Below, one piece after another: positions 18,333-27,482 of a stretch of 64,000 nucleotides of DNA; within the stretch, counting starts at the first letter, position 1, and each line of letters opens with the position of its first letter. The translations under genes and the position numbers were made by a program. The DNA is taken from the IMG/VR virus record IMGVR_UViG_3300020152_000022. One strand, given 5' to 3'. Below the pieces are notes generated by a model that saw only the letters and a program-made list of their open reading frames with translations, searched no databases and was not told the DNA's origin. The stretch comes from a virus.

Positions 18333-19347
18333 GGACCCACTCTCCTTGCGTACGGCTCTCAGCCGCAACTTGGCTTGCGTACTGTTCGGGCGTCAGTCCC
18401 AGACGTCGGGCGAGTTTCACCTGACTTTCCGAGAGCACCACGCGAGTACGGGAACCTCCACCATTGACACTCTGGCGTGACGGCGGAGCGACGACACTTT
18501 CCCTGCGGCGCGCTGTCTGCTGCTGCTGCTGGGAATTCTGGAACTTCTCAGGGAAGCGCTTGCGCACCTCACTGTCGATCTGGTTGTAGTAGTCGTCCGA
18601 CTGCGGATCGACACCTTCTGCAACCAGCTTCTTATGCGTTGCCATTGCGACATAGGTCATGACCTCGTCACGCTGGAACCACGGATTGCGCTCTGTCCAT
18701 TCGAGCGCACGCGGATCAGGCGCAGGAGCCGAGGGCGGCGGACGGTAGAGCCGTTCGACCTCTTCCTCGTTCATGCGCGGCAGGGGCCGGGCCTGATGGG
18801 CTTCGGCCTGTACCAGCTTGGCATTGGCCTTGGAGATCAGGTCCTGCGCGGCCAGCACGCCGTTGACGTCACCGGCCTCATGCGCTTCACGATAGGCGGC
18901 TTTTGCCTTCTCGATCTCGCCCTGAAGCCGACCGGTATGTTCCGAAATCAGAACCTTCTCGCCGCCCTCAACCATCTCTTTAAGCTGGTTGTTCTCGCGG
19001 ACCAGAGCTTTGAGCCGTTCGGCAGCTTCGTTAAGCTGGCGTTCGCGGTCTTCCTTGGCCCGGCGCTCCGCATGGAAGCGCGCGGTTTCCTTCTTGATGC
19101 GTTCCTGCACCCGCTTGGAGTAGGAGGTCGCTTCGTCATCCGCGCCGGGGTCGGCGTCAGTGGGCAAATCGTCCGCTGTCGGACGGCCACGGTCTGCCGG
19201 AGGGGCGTCAGGCTGGACGACGATTTCGATCTCGTCTTCCTTGGGGCCATCTTTGAGAGCCTGCGGCGGATCGGGAAGATCAGCGCCTAGTCCCAGTCCC
19301 TCGACCACCTCGCCATCATCAAAGTCGCTATCGATCAACGTGCTCAT
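18319..19347 (-). CDS. Capsid scaffolding protein
   Basis: Coiled coil, YSKRVQ.RI, W.ERNPWF..D..MT, C-term LA.RLG.T.EQYA. Confidence 0.8.
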   Translation of the reverse strand: MSTLIDSDFDDGEVVEGLGLGADLPDPPQALKDGPKEDEIEIVVQPDAPPADRGRPTADDLPTDADPGADDEATSYSKRVQERIKKETARFHAERRAKEDRERQLNEAAERLKALVRENNQLKEMVEGGEKVLISEHTGRLQGEIEKAKAAYREAHEAGDVNGVLAAQDLISKANAKLVQAEAHQARPLPRMNEEEVERLYRPPPSAPAPDPRALEWTERNPWFQRDEVMTYVAMATHKKLVAEGVDPQSDDYYNQIDSEVRKRFPEKFQNSQQQQQTARRRESVVAPPSRQSVNGGGSRTRVVLSESQVKLARRLGLTPEQYASQVAAESRTQGEWVHGKS

Positions 19348-19700
19348 CAGGCCCTCACGATTTTGCGGGGATCATCGACAACACCTTCCACGGTATCGTC
19401 ATTGATCAGCCGGAATTCTTGGCCGTCGATCTTGATGCGCGTGCCGGAATAAGCACGAAAGACGACCCAGTCGCCCACCGTGCACCATGGCCCGGAGGGA
19501 TACTTGTCTTGATCCAGATAGGCATCGGGACCGAGACGCATGACGCAACCAACGATGGATGCGGTCTGCTCCTTGTCCTTCAGACTGTCTGGCAGATAGA
19601 TGCTGCCGATCTTGTCATCCCGAGGCGGGATGGCGATCAGGATGCGGTAGCCTGCCGGAACGGGCAGGGCCTCTTCGTTCACGTCTACGGGTAGGGACAT
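19347..19700 (-). CDS. groES: GroES-like co-chaperonin
   Basis: P.GYRILI, G.V..LGPDAY, PWC.VGDWV.F..YSG.RI..DG.E.RL.NDD.V.GVV. Confidence 0.85.
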   Translation of the reverse strand: MSLPVDVNEEALPVPAGYRILIAIPPRDDKIGSIYLPDSLKDKEQTASIVGCVMRLGPDAYLDQDKYPSGPWCTVGDWVVFRAYSGTRIKIDGQEFRLINDDTVEGVVDDPRKIVRA

Positions 19701-19718
19701 TCGTAGCTCTCTATAAGC

Positions 19719-19747
19719 AAAAACCCCGCGCGTTGCCGTGCGGGGTT
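19719..19747 (-). terminator. Intrinsic terminator/attenuator upstream of groES-capsid operon
   Basis: AACCCCGC/GCGGGGTT stem plus T5 on minus strand. Confidence 0.7.
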
Positions 19748-19787
19748 GATGAGTTTAACGATCTCGGGACGAATAACCGTTGATGGT

Positions 19788-19817
19788 AATATAGTTGGCC
19801 TATTGACTATCCGTCAA
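19788..19817 (-). promoter_or_regulatory. Sigma70-type promoter for head operon
   Basis: TTGACG-18 nt-TATATT; TTGAC-N5-GTCAA inverted repeat over -35. Confidence 0.6.
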
Positions 19818-19818
19818 A

Positions 19819-20007
19819 TCAGGTCCCGTCCTCTTCGTCCGGGTCGAGAATTTTATCAAGTTCATCAATAATTTCCCGGTATGCGTAGTACATGCCGCGA
19901 ATGCGACTGTACTCTTCCATGTTACTTATCCGCCCCTCCAGAAGGTGGCTGGCGTGACTGTCTCTGGTTACGCGCAATTTCGAGATCACGCTCTCGATCC
20001 TTGTCAT
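19819..20007 (-). CDS. Small conserved protein following portal
   Basis: GAGG RBS; L.EG...EEY..I.G.Y.AY..I..EL pattern; overlaps portal 3' end by 86 nt. Confidence 0.65.
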   Translation of the reverse strand: MTRIESVISKLRVTRDSHASHLLEGRISNMEEYSRIRGMYYAYREIIDELDKILDPDEEDGT

Positions 20008-22471
20008 TTTCTATCGCCTCATAGTACATGCGTTCACGTTCCAAGGCTTCCTCCCGGAGACCTCCAGTAATCTCCTTGAAATCAGCCCGCATATCTTCCT
20101 GTATTTTGTTGCCAAGGTCGATACCCTGCTGGCGTTCTTCCGCTTCCAATTGAGCGCCGAAGGTCACGAGGTCGGCACCGATCTTGGCGGCGGCGCGGGC
20201 TTCCTCGCTCTCGATACGGCGCAGGTCCAACTGTTCCTTGGACAAGGTCTGGCCGATCTTGATGATATCGGCGGTTGCGTCCTTCGCCTTCTGATGAACG
20301 AGTTGGGCTTCCTTGAGCGCGACCTCGCGTTCGCGAAGCTGGAAGACCGGGTCCTTGGCGATCTCTTCGGCCTGCTTGGCTTGGGCTTCGGCGATATGCT
20401 GGTCCTTGAGACGCTGCGATGCTTCGGCCACCATGCGCGACAGGCGGTTTTCGATCTCGGGCGGAAGCTCTTCGCCCAGCGGCGGAAGCTCGACACCCAT
20501 GGTCTTTTGGATTTCCTGCCGGTACTTGTGCGCCATATGCTCGGCCATATGGGCTTCCATCTGGCTCTGGAGCTTGATCGCATTCGGCGACTGCCCAACC
20601 ATCTCCATGATCGACGGATCGGTCATCGCGGAAAAGTGCGACTTGATGTGGGCATCGTGATCTTGATCCGGGTAGACCTTGATCGGCTGTTGCGTGAGCA
20701 CCCGCATGTTTTCTTGGACGGGGTCCAGTCGCGGCGGTTCTTCATCCAGCGGAAGAATGCGTTCATCATTTTTGATATTGATCGCCTGTAGGGCTGCGCG
20801 ATGCAGTTCCTTCATGTTGTAGAGTTCGGGGGCTTGGGATGCGAGTTGCATCACGGCCTGCATCTGGACGATACGCTGGGCCTGCGTGGCCGCGTTCGGA
20901 TCGGATACCGGGATGATATCGACACGGGCATCGAAGTCGGCGCGACGGTCGAACTCTTGCTTGTCATCCCAGTCATATTGCGGCGGCATATAGTCGGCGA
21001 TGACCTTGGAGATCAGCTTGAGTTCCTTCTTCAAGGCGGCATGCAGGCGCGCATGCACCGCGCTCATCACCTTGAGCGAACGCTCCATCACCGCAAGCGT
21101 GGTGCCGACAGGGGTGTTCTCGCCACCTGAACCGATATCGACATCGGCAATCGAACCGATCCGGCGACCTTCATCGATGAGGTTCTGGAGCAGGCCCGAC
21201 AGAACCGCAGACGGTTCCTTATACGGCAGCGGCATGATGTTCTCTTGCAGCTTGCCCGAGGGCACATCGACGTCGCGCCACTCGCCCGGCGCAATCGGGT
21301 CTTCGCCACCCTTGGCGCGCATGCCTCTGGTTTTCAGACCACCGGGAAGATTGGAGAGCGTGCCCGCATCGATCAACTGGCGAAGGATCGAGGTCGAGGC
21401 CTTGGCAATCGCGCCCATCAGATGGATGAGGCCAATGCCATAGAAACCAAAGCCCGGCATATACTGGTAATGGACGAAGTAGGAGAGCGCCTTGCGGTTG
21501 ACGCCATCCTCTTCAGCCCAGTTGCGGCGAATGCCGAGAACCTGCTGGGAGCCCTTCTCAATGGTGATGACATAGGGATCGGCAATGCCATGCTCGTCGG
21601 CGAAGATGCCCGGAAGATTGTAGCTCACATGGAATTCGATGACCGTATGCGGGATGGATTTGGCGGTATAGGTCGGCTCGGTGCCGGAGAGTTCATCTTC
21701 CTTCTGGCGTCCCTCCCCCTCGGACTGGGTCGGCTCGGTCAGGGTGGCATCCCGGTAAAGACCGGCGCGGATCATCTTCTTGAGCTTGTTGGTCGACCAC
21801 TTGTTGACATGGGCGATGCGCTCGGCGCACTCGATATTGGTGGCGTGATAGTTGACCACCAAATCCTCCGCCGTGACCATGCAGGACGAGGGCCGTTCGC
21901 AGAGGCTGTCGTAATAGACCTTCTTGAATACCGATCCGGCGAGCGGCAGGCGGAACAGAAGCTGCTCCATCTCGGGCCGGAACTCCGGCATATTTTCCGT
22001 CAACTGGTAGTTGAGTTCTTCTTTGACGCGGATGGACTGCTTGACCTTGTCCGGACTCTCGGCACCCATGATCTTGGTGAGTACCGGGCCGGATGCGGGG
22101 AAGATTTCCATGATGGCATTGGACTGGAAGCGGACCACCGCTTCGGTCAGCACCGGATGGAAGACGCCGGATGCGCCCTTGAAGGGCTGCTGGCGTTCCT
22201 CGGTCTTGAAGCCGAGATAATCGAGGCCATCGGTATATTGCCTGAGCCATTCCGACCGCGAGCCCACGTCTTCTTCGAATTGCGCGAGAAGATCGGTGGC
22301 AATCGTGGCAAGCTCACCGTCTTCCAAGAACTCTGCCAGATTGTCGAAATGGGTCGGCTGCTGGGGCGGGGGCGCTGGCACGTCTTCGACCAACGGCTCT
22401 TCGCCGAACTCGACCTCGATCACATTGTCGTCGGCAAGCTCGGGAGCTTCCAGCATCGGTTCGATTGCCAT
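19922..22471 (-). CDS. Portal protein
   Basis: 849 aa after terminase; HFDNLAE, PF.GASGV.HPVL.EA.V.FQ, GSVFKKVYYD, GFGFYG.GL.H, PLPYKEPS; long coiled-coil tail. Confidence 0.9.
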   Translation of the reverse strand: MAIEPMLEAPELADDNVIEVEFGEEPLVEDVPAPPPQQPTHFDNLAEFLEDGELATIATDLLAQFEEDVGSRSEWLRQYTDGLDYLGFKTEERQQPFKGASGVFHPVLTEAVVRFQSNAIMEIFPASGPVLTKIMGAESPDKVKQSIRVKEELNYQLTENMPEFRPEMEQLLFRLPLAGSVFKKVYYDSLCERPSSCMVTAEDLVVNYHATNIECAERIAHVNKWSTNKLKKMIRAGLYRDATLTEPTQSEGEGRQKEDELSGTEPTYTAKSIPHTVIEFHVSYNLPGIFADEHGIADPYVITIEKGSQQVLGIRRNWAEEDGVNRKALSYFVHYQYMPGFGFYGIGLIHLMGAIAKASTSILRQLIDAGTLSNLPGGLKTRGMRAKGGEDPIAPGEWRDVDVPSGKLQENIMPLPYKEPSAVLSGLLQNLIDEGRRIGSIADVDIGSGGENTPVGTTLAVMERSLKVMSAVHARLHAALKKELKLISKVIADYMPPQYDWDDKQEFDRRADFDARVDIIPVSDPNAATQAQRIVQMQAVMQLASQAPELYNMKELHRAALQAINIKNDERILPLDEEPPRLDPVQENMRVLTQQPIKVYPDQDHDAHIKSHFSAMTDPSIMEMVGQSPNAIKLQSQMEAHMAEHMAHKYRQEIQKTMGVELPPLGEELPPEIENRLSRMVAEASQRLKDQHIAEAQAKQAEEIAKDPVFQLREREVALKEAQLVHQKAKDATADIIKIGQTLSKEQLDLRRIESEEARAAAKIGADLVTFGAQLEAEERQQGIDLGNKIQEDMRADFKEITGGLREEALERERMYYEAIENDKDRERDLEIARNQRQSRQPPSGGADK

Positions 22472-22479
22472 GTCTGTCC

Positions 22480-24021
22480 TCAGTAATAAGCCATCTTTTT
22501 GCGATGATGCTCAATGTCATCATCCCACGCATCATTGTCGTTGAGCAGCCAGCCGCCTTGGCGGAACCGGCTCATTGCCATCACCACGGTATCGACATAG
22601 TCGTCGTTCTCACCGGCAGGGAAAGCTGCGCATTCCTCGATCACTTCCTGCGCCCAGCGCTTGGCCTTGGGGGCGAAGACGTTCTGGGACGCAAAGACGT
22701 CGGTGACGGAGTTGACGCGGGATATCTTGTCGTTCGATTGCCCCGGTGAACCGCGCCCGACCGTGACCTCCTGCACCGGCAGCCCCATGGCGCGCAGTTC
22801 GTAGATCAGCGGCTGGCCTGCGGCGCGGCCTTCGATCAGGCAGATATCGGGCTGATGCTTCTCGTAGAGTTCCTTGGCCCGGCGCTTCAATCCGGGGAAC
22901 TCCCATTTGCCACGCTCGGCATCGATCAGGATGATCGCGTTCTTGTCGGTCTCTTCGTTCTTGAAGATGCCCCATGTGGTACAAGCCGAATAGTCGGCGC
23001 GCGTGCCTGTCGTGAACGCGGTGTCCCATGATTGCACGATGACGTCGCATTTCGGCGGCCTGATCTTGCCGTCCGGGCCTGTCTTGTCCCAGTCCTGCCA
23101 GTATTCCCGCTTGATCAGGGCACCCTCTTCCGAGGTGGGCTGCTGCATATACTGCGCATTCCACTTCGAGATCGGGATGGAGTTCTTGGTTCTGGTCAAT
23201 TCGTCCAGAGACCAGAATTCCGGCCATAGCGCGTTGCCCGAAGGCATGATCGCGGGCAGTTCGATCACGTCCCATGTGTCGCCATTGGACGAGTTCAACT
23301 GCTTCTTCACCAACTGGCCGGTGAGATCACGCAGCGACCAGCGGGTCATGACGATGATGATGGAGCCACCCGGCTGGAGACGCTGGCGGGGACCGCCCTC
23401 GTACCATTCCATTACCTTCTGGTAGACTTCCGGGTTGTATTCACCGATGATCGCATCCTGTTCCGAATGAGGGTCATCAATAATACAAAGGTCTGCACCC
23501 TTACCAGCCAGAGCGCCGCCAACACCAATAGCAAAATACTCACCTCCACGGGACGTCGCCCAGCGGCCAGCCGCCTTACTATCAGCAGACAGACGTACTC
23601 CCGGAAATAGACCTTGGAAGTCTTTTCGGTCCACCAGTCCACGCACCTTACGACCGAAGCCCACGGCGAGTTCGGACGTATGCGATGCCATAATGACCTT
23701 CTTCTCGGGGTATCGTCCGAGGAAGTAGGCGGGCAGGTGGATCGAGGCAAATTCCGACTTGGTGTGACGCGGCGCGATGTTGATGATCACCCGCTTTTTC
23801 CGCCCCTCCACCACGTCATCGAAGAGCCGGGCCATGATCTTGTGATGCGACCCCTCGATGAAGGAGGGCCACATATATTTGACGAAGCCCATGAACGTGT
23901 TGGTGGCCTGCTGCTTTTTCTGCGCAGACTGAAGACGTTCAGCGATTTCGAGAAGTTCTTTTTGTTTCTCAAATGGCAAATGTGCGATCTGAGAAAGATA
24001 CGGCGTCAGGTCATCAAACAT
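22480..24021 (-). CDS. terL: Terminase large subunit
   Basis: NIAPRHTKSE Walker A region, IIDDPHSEQ Walker B, MTRW, SWDTAF..ADYSAC, FP.GE.DD.VD nuclease motif. Confidence 0.95.
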   Translation of the reverse strand: MFDDLTPYLSQIAHLPFEKQKELLEIAERLQSAQKKQQATNTFMGFVKYMWPSFIEGSHHKIMARLFDDVVEGRKKRVIINIAPRHTKSEFASIHLPAYFLGRYPEKKVIMASHTSELAVGFGRKVRGLVDRKDFQGLFPGVRLSADSKAAGRWATSRGGEYFAIGVGGALAGKGADLCIIDDPHSEQDAIIGEYNPEVYQKVMEWYEGGPRQRLQPGGSIIIVMTRWSLRDLTGQLVKKQLNSSNGDTWDVIELPAIMPSGNALWPEFWSLDELTRTKNSIPISKWNAQYMQQPTSEEGALIKREYWQDWDKTGPDGKIRPPKCDVIVQSWDTAFTTGTRADYSACTTWGIFKNEETDKNAIILIDAERGKWEFPGLKRRAKELYEKHQPDICLIEGRAAGQPLIYELRAMGLPVQEVTVGRGSPGQSNDKISRVNSVTDVFASQNVFAPKAKRWAQEVIEECAAFPAGENDDYVDTVVMAMSRFRQGGWLLNDNDAWDDDIEHHRKKMAYY

Positions 24022-24039
24022 CAGAGCCTAGCGGACACG

Positions 24040-24064
24040 AAAAACCCCGCCGTGTGGCGGGGTT
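24040..24064 (-). terminator. Intrinsic terminator/attenuator upstream of terL
   Basis: AACCCCGCC/GGCGGGGTT stem plus T5 on minus strand. Confidence 0.7.
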
Positions 24065-24087
24065 CAATTAGACTGGGGACAGTCTAC

Positions 24088-24116
24088 AATGTACGTGTGG
24101 TTGACTTAACCGTCAA
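24088..24116 (-). promoter_or_regulatory. Sigma70-type promoter for terL-portal
   Basis: TTGACG-17 nt-TACATT; TTGAC-N6-GTCAA inverted repeat. Confidence 0.6.
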
Positions 24117-24138
24117 ATCTAGGCGGCTTTGCCGTTCG

Positions 24139-24336
24139 TTAATCGCGCCAGCGGAAGCCGATCCGGGGCTTCTTGGCCTTAGCCATGATCTTGTTGCCCT
24201 GCGCGTCGAGGACGCCGATATCGATGACTTCCTCTTCCTCGTAGACCGTCCGGGGCGCGAAGTCACGAACGAACGTGTCGTCATAGTATTCCATGAAGTC
24301 GTCGCCCGTAGGCCTCGCGAAATACTGCCGTTTCAT
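24139..24336 (-). CDS. Hypothetical protein
   Basis: Intact ORF; TVYEEEE..DIGVLDAQG.KI.....K..IGF. Confidence 0.6.
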   Translation of the reverse strand: MKRQYFARPTGDDFMEYYDDTFVRDFAPRTVYEEEEVIDIGVLDAQGNKIMAKAKKPRIGFRWRD

Positions 24337-24339
24337 ACC

Positions 24340-24585
24340 CTATCCCGTTATATGCTTGACCGCGCGATAGACTGCATCTTCCATGTGACGCAGGGAAAGT
24401 GTCAAGTTGGCGCTGCCCATGCGGTCGCCGGTCGGGTCGGTGCCGCCGATGGAATGCAGGAGATTGACGAAGTCCATCCCCAAATCCTTGACCATCTTCA
24501 TCTGCACCTTCTCGTCTTCGGTGAGCGTGCGATATTCATGGCGCATGACGTTATTCTTGGTGCGTTCGTCCGATGTGCTGTCCAC
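24340..24585 (-). CDS. Acb2/Tad1-hairpin-like putative nucleotide-signal sponge (anti-defence)
   Basis: RHEYRTLTEDEK.QMK.VKDLG and LTLSLRHMEDAVYRAVK resemble Acb2/T4 Vs.4 N- and C-terminal helices. Confidence 0.6.
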   Translation of the reverse strand: MDSTSDERTKNNVMRHEYRTLTEDEKVQMKMVKDLGMDFVNLLHSIGGTDPTGDRMGSANLTLSLRHMEDAVYRAVKHITG

Positions 24586-24586
24586 T

Positions 24587-24808
24587 TTAGTTCACCCTGA
24601 TCCCGTTGATCTTGTCTTGGTTGTTGTCGAGCCAGTCCTTCATTTCCCTCTCGAAACGCGGCTCGTGGTTGCGTCTGATCAGGCATGTCATCACGAAGGC
24701 CTTGGTCGCCGTCAGGCCTTCGTCGTCGCCCTCCTTGGGCTTGGGAGACGCGCAGCCCTCGGGGCCAACGCGGTAGAGGATGACGTCGTCAATTGGGATG
24801 GATTGCAT
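24587..24808 (-). CDS. Hypothetical protein
   Basis: Intact ORF with AAAGGG RBS. Confidence 0.5.
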   Translation of the reverse strand: MQSIPIDDVILYRVGPEGCASPKPKEGDDEGLTATKAFVMTCLIRRNHEPRFEREMKDWLDNNQDKINGIRVN

Positions 24809-25379
24809 TACCCTTTTCCTCTCGGAGGTATTTCAGCCATGCCATGTTCTTGGTCTGGTAGGGCATGGCATTCACAATGTCTTTTACCGCACGCCGCGAC
24901 AGCGTGAGGTAGCGTCGACGCTCCCTCCATTGCGGCTCGTTCACGGGGATACGCGCCGCTTGCCTGATGACCTCAAGCTTCTTGAGATCACCCAAAGTCA
25001 TCTTCGTCACCGCCATCGTCAAACCCGGTGGGGTGATCAAGTCCTGCCAATAGGACAAATTGTCCACAATCTTGCCCACGCGCTCAAGTTCGCGGAAGGT
25101 CTGGACCGGATGGGCCTTGCGCCCGAATGTCCGAATAAACCAGCGGAACGCCGCATAACGGATGGTGCCGCGCTTGTTATTGCAGAGTTCGCAAGCCGCC
25201 ACTGTGTTTGCCATCTCATCGCCACCCCCATGCGCGACAGGGGTGACGTGGTCGATGGTGCACATACGATCACTCGGACGTTCCCCCAGACGGGGGACAG
25301 CGAGTGTCATTCGGCATTCACAATAATGGCATTTGCCCTTCTGCGCCCAATAGAGAAATTCCCTACGGCTGTTGGCCAT
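24789..25379 (-). CDS. HNH endonuclease
   Basis: CHYC..TIDHVTP..HGG.D..AN.VAAC..CN..RG. Confidence 0.85.
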   Translation of the reverse strand: MANSRREFLYWAQKGKCHYCECRMTLAVPRLGERPSDRMCTIDHVTPVAHGGGDEMANTVAACELCNNKRGTIRYAAFRWFIRTFGRKAHPVQTFRELERVGKIVDNLSYWQDLITPPGLTMAVTKMTLGDLKKLEVIRQAARIPVNEPQWRERRRYLTLSRRAVKDIVNAMPYQTKNMAWLKYLREEKGNAIHPN

Positions 25380-25387
25380 GTTGCTCC

Positions 25388-25753
25388 TTATTCTTGTGCC
25401 GCTGCCATTGCCTCGTCGTGCTTGCGCTCCACGTCCTCGTCATCGTAGGTCTTGGCGGGGAAGTCGGAGAACTGCATGTTGGCGCGACGGTCAGCCTCGG
25501 CAGCGTTATGAAGCATCTCGCGCATGGATGTGGGCTCAGGCATTTCTGCCGGAGCCAGTTCTGTCTGGGGTATGCCAGAGCCGAGGGTGGAGAGCGAGCG
25601 CTTGAGCGCGAGGATCACGCGGGTCGCATCTTCGATCTGGAGCGCCACTTCGCGCTCGACGTCGAGAAGTTTGATGTAGCGGGCTTCTTCCTTTTTCAGG
25701 TTTTCGGTCAGAATATCGTAGACCTCTTTGGTGTGCTTATAGGCCGTCGTCAT
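25388..25753 (-). CDS. Hypothetical coiled-coil protein
   Basis: Intact ORF, ATGA-coupled to upstream HTH gene. Confidence 0.55.
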   Translation of the reverse strand: MTTAYKHTKEVYDILTENLKKEEARYIKLLDVEREVALQIEDATRVILALKRSLSTLGSGIPQTELAPAEMPEPTSMREMLHNAAEADRRANMQFSDFPAKTYDDEDVERKHDEAMAAAQE

Positions 25754-25968
25754 GTTCGCTTCCTTTCGCTTCGAATACCCCACCGGTTCAACCAGTGGTA
25801 CACTTTAAGTTTAGACCATCGGGATCGCCCGACAGTCGTATGCCGTTTCGGGAACTTGCCTTGATACGTCAGGGTAAGAATATACCGTGGCGTCAGACCG
25901 ACGATCTTGGAGACTTCCTCAATCGTCAGCAGCGTTGCCTTTTTCTGGCGAGGGACCTTGAACGACAT
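25750..25968 (-). CDS. AlpA/excisionase-like helix-turn-helix protein
   Basis: LLTIEEVSKIVGLT..YI..L...GKFPK....GRS.W...V..W. Confidence 0.75.
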   Translation of the reverse strand: MSFKVPRQKKATLLTIEEVSKIVGLTPRYILTLTYQGKFPKRHTTVGRSRWSKLKVYHWLNRWGIRSERKRT

Positions 25969-26218
25969 GCTCGATCCTACGATAGCCGCTGCGGATCATC
26001 AAGAGATCGAGCCTTGCATCCGCTGTCTTCCAAGGCTTCCTGTTGATCGCGACCGCGAGCACCTCCTTGACGCCAAGGTTATAACCGAGCCGGTGCACGG
26101 GCGCGACCTCATCGCGCACCGTGCTCCATTTCTTGCGCCTTGTGGTGATGAAGCGAATTTTGCCACTCGGCAGATGCTCGATCTTCATGATGTGCAGCCA
26201 TTTCTTGCGTGGGGTCAT
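25919..26218 (-). CDS. RKxW-family small protein (three motifs)
   Basis: RKKW, RKKW, RKPW. Confidence 0.7.
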   Translation of the reverse strand: MTPRKKWLHIMKIEHLPSGKIRFITTRRKKWSTVRDEVAPVHRLGYNLGVKEVLAVAINRKPWKTADARLDLLMIRSGYRRIEHVVQGPSPEKGNAADD

Positions 26219-26436
26219 CTGTAACCCCTGAGATTATAGGTCCGGATGCGCGCCACCTTGCTCTTCCAGAATTTCCGGTGGAGATAAAGCCAGAACTGCT
26301 GGCTATGCTCGTATCTACCCACGCGATGGACAGGCTGGACCTCTCCCGTGCGCGACCATGGTTTGCGCGGCATCTGCCCCTCTGCGGGATGGCGAAGACT
26401 GATCATGATCCACGCTACCATTCTGTTGCCATCCAT
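26215..26436 (-). CDS. RKxW-family small protein (start uncertain)
   Basis: RKPW...RKFW. Confidence 0.65.
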   Translation of the reverse strand: MDGNRMVAWIMISLRHPAEGQMPRKPWSRTGEVQPVHRVGRYEHSQQFWLYLHRKFWKSKVARIRTYNLRGYR

Positions 26437-26627
26437 GGCTTGCGGCGCGGGGTCATGTAGCGGCTTATCCACTTCCCCGGCTTGATGGGATGAGCCCAGC
26501 ACTGACGAAGGCAGCCAATCCTGCGGGTCCGCCATGGCTTGCGCGCCTCGTGGTATTCCCCATTCTCCCACCTTACAAACCAGAGGTAGTAATAGGCTTG
26601 ATAAGCCTTCAATGTCTTGGGCTTCAT
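26415..26627 (-). CDS. RKxW-family small protein
   Basis: MKPKT...RKPW...RKPW. Confidence 0.7.
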   Translation of the reverse strand: MKPKTLKAYQAYYYLWFVRWENGEYHEARKPWRTRRIGCLRQCWAHPIKPGKWISRYMTPRRKPWMATEW

Positions 26628-26857
26628 CGCGCTCGTCTCCCGATTGCCCACATCCTGAGCCGGATGGATTGGGAACGATTTGCCGACCACGCCTTGCGCC
26701 GGGTGACATAGCGGTCCTGATCATGGCCGTAGAGTATCCATGCATTGGTGCCGAAGAAGTTGTTCCGTGGCATCGGGGTCTGCCAGCCAGTATTGCTGGT
26801 GCGCCATCTCTTGCGCTCTCGGAACAGGATGAAATAAGCGGCAGCATCCTTTGGCAT
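26624..26857 (-). CDS. RKxW-family small protein
   Basis: RKRW...FFGTNAW...RKAW. Confidence 0.75.
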   Translation of the reverse strand: MPKDAAAYFILFRERKRWRTSNTGWQTPMPRNNFFGTNAWILYGHDQDRYVTRRKAWSANRSQSIRLRMWAIGRRAR

Positions 26858-27069
26858 CACACGTTCCTTGCCCATCTTGCGGCTCTCCTTGCCGAGTTCC
26901 ATCCCTTGCGCATGATCAGGCATTCCGGAAAGGAAACCGCATTGTTGCGAACCCAGAGGTTGGTGCCATAGACCGATGGGCGGCGATAAAAGCCGATGCC
27001 ATTCGAACCCACCGTCACCCATCGCCAGACGCGCTTCCATTCCTTACGATCGTCCATGGTACTCATCAT
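26857..27069 (-). CDS. RKxW-family small protein (start uncertain)
   Basis: RKEW...VYGTNLW...RKGW. Confidence 0.7.
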   Translation of the reverse strand: MMSTMDDRKEWKRVWRWVTVGSNGIGFYRRPSVYGTNLWVRNNAVSFPECLIMRKGWNSARRAARWARNV

Positions 27070-27274
27070 CCTTGAGATCAAGCCAGTGCAGGTTCCATGG
27101 CTTGCGTCTTTCCAAGAGGTTATGGGTCGCCGCTTCGGCACGACTGCCCATAGTCTCGCGTATCCACCAGAGCGAGCCGAAGGGCGCAATATCACGATGG
27201 AAGCACAGCACGGTCGGCAGGCGTAAAATTGGCTCACGCTTCCAGAACTTGCGTTGATAGACATGCTCAACCAT
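27044..27274 (-). CDS. RKxW-family small protein
   Basis: RKFW...APFGSLWW...RKPW. Confidence 0.75.
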   Translation of the reverse strand: MVEHVYQRKFWKREPILRLPTVLCFHRDIAPFGSLWWIRETMGSRAEAATHNLLERRKPWNLHWLDLKDDEYHGRS

Positions 27275-27482
27275 TCAAGCGGCTCCATCTCCAGCCAACG
27301 TTCCAGCGCTTGCGTTTGAACAGGACATTCGCTGACGGCCAGTTGCCATCCCTGATCCAGCCATAGCTGCCGAACATCGCGGGACTGGGCCTCTTTTTAA
27401 AGAGCGTGTGCCGTGGCCTGTTCTGCCATGGCTTGCGGTCAAAGACCGTTTCCCACCTCTCCGTGATGCACCACAGGCTCAT
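27267..27482 (-). CDS. RKxW-family small protein
   Basis: RKPW...MFGSYGW...RKRW. Confidence 0.75.
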   Translation of the reverse strand: MSLWCITERWETVFDRKPWQNRPRHTLFKKRPSPAMFGSYGWIRDGNWPSANVLFKRKRWNVGWRWSRLNG

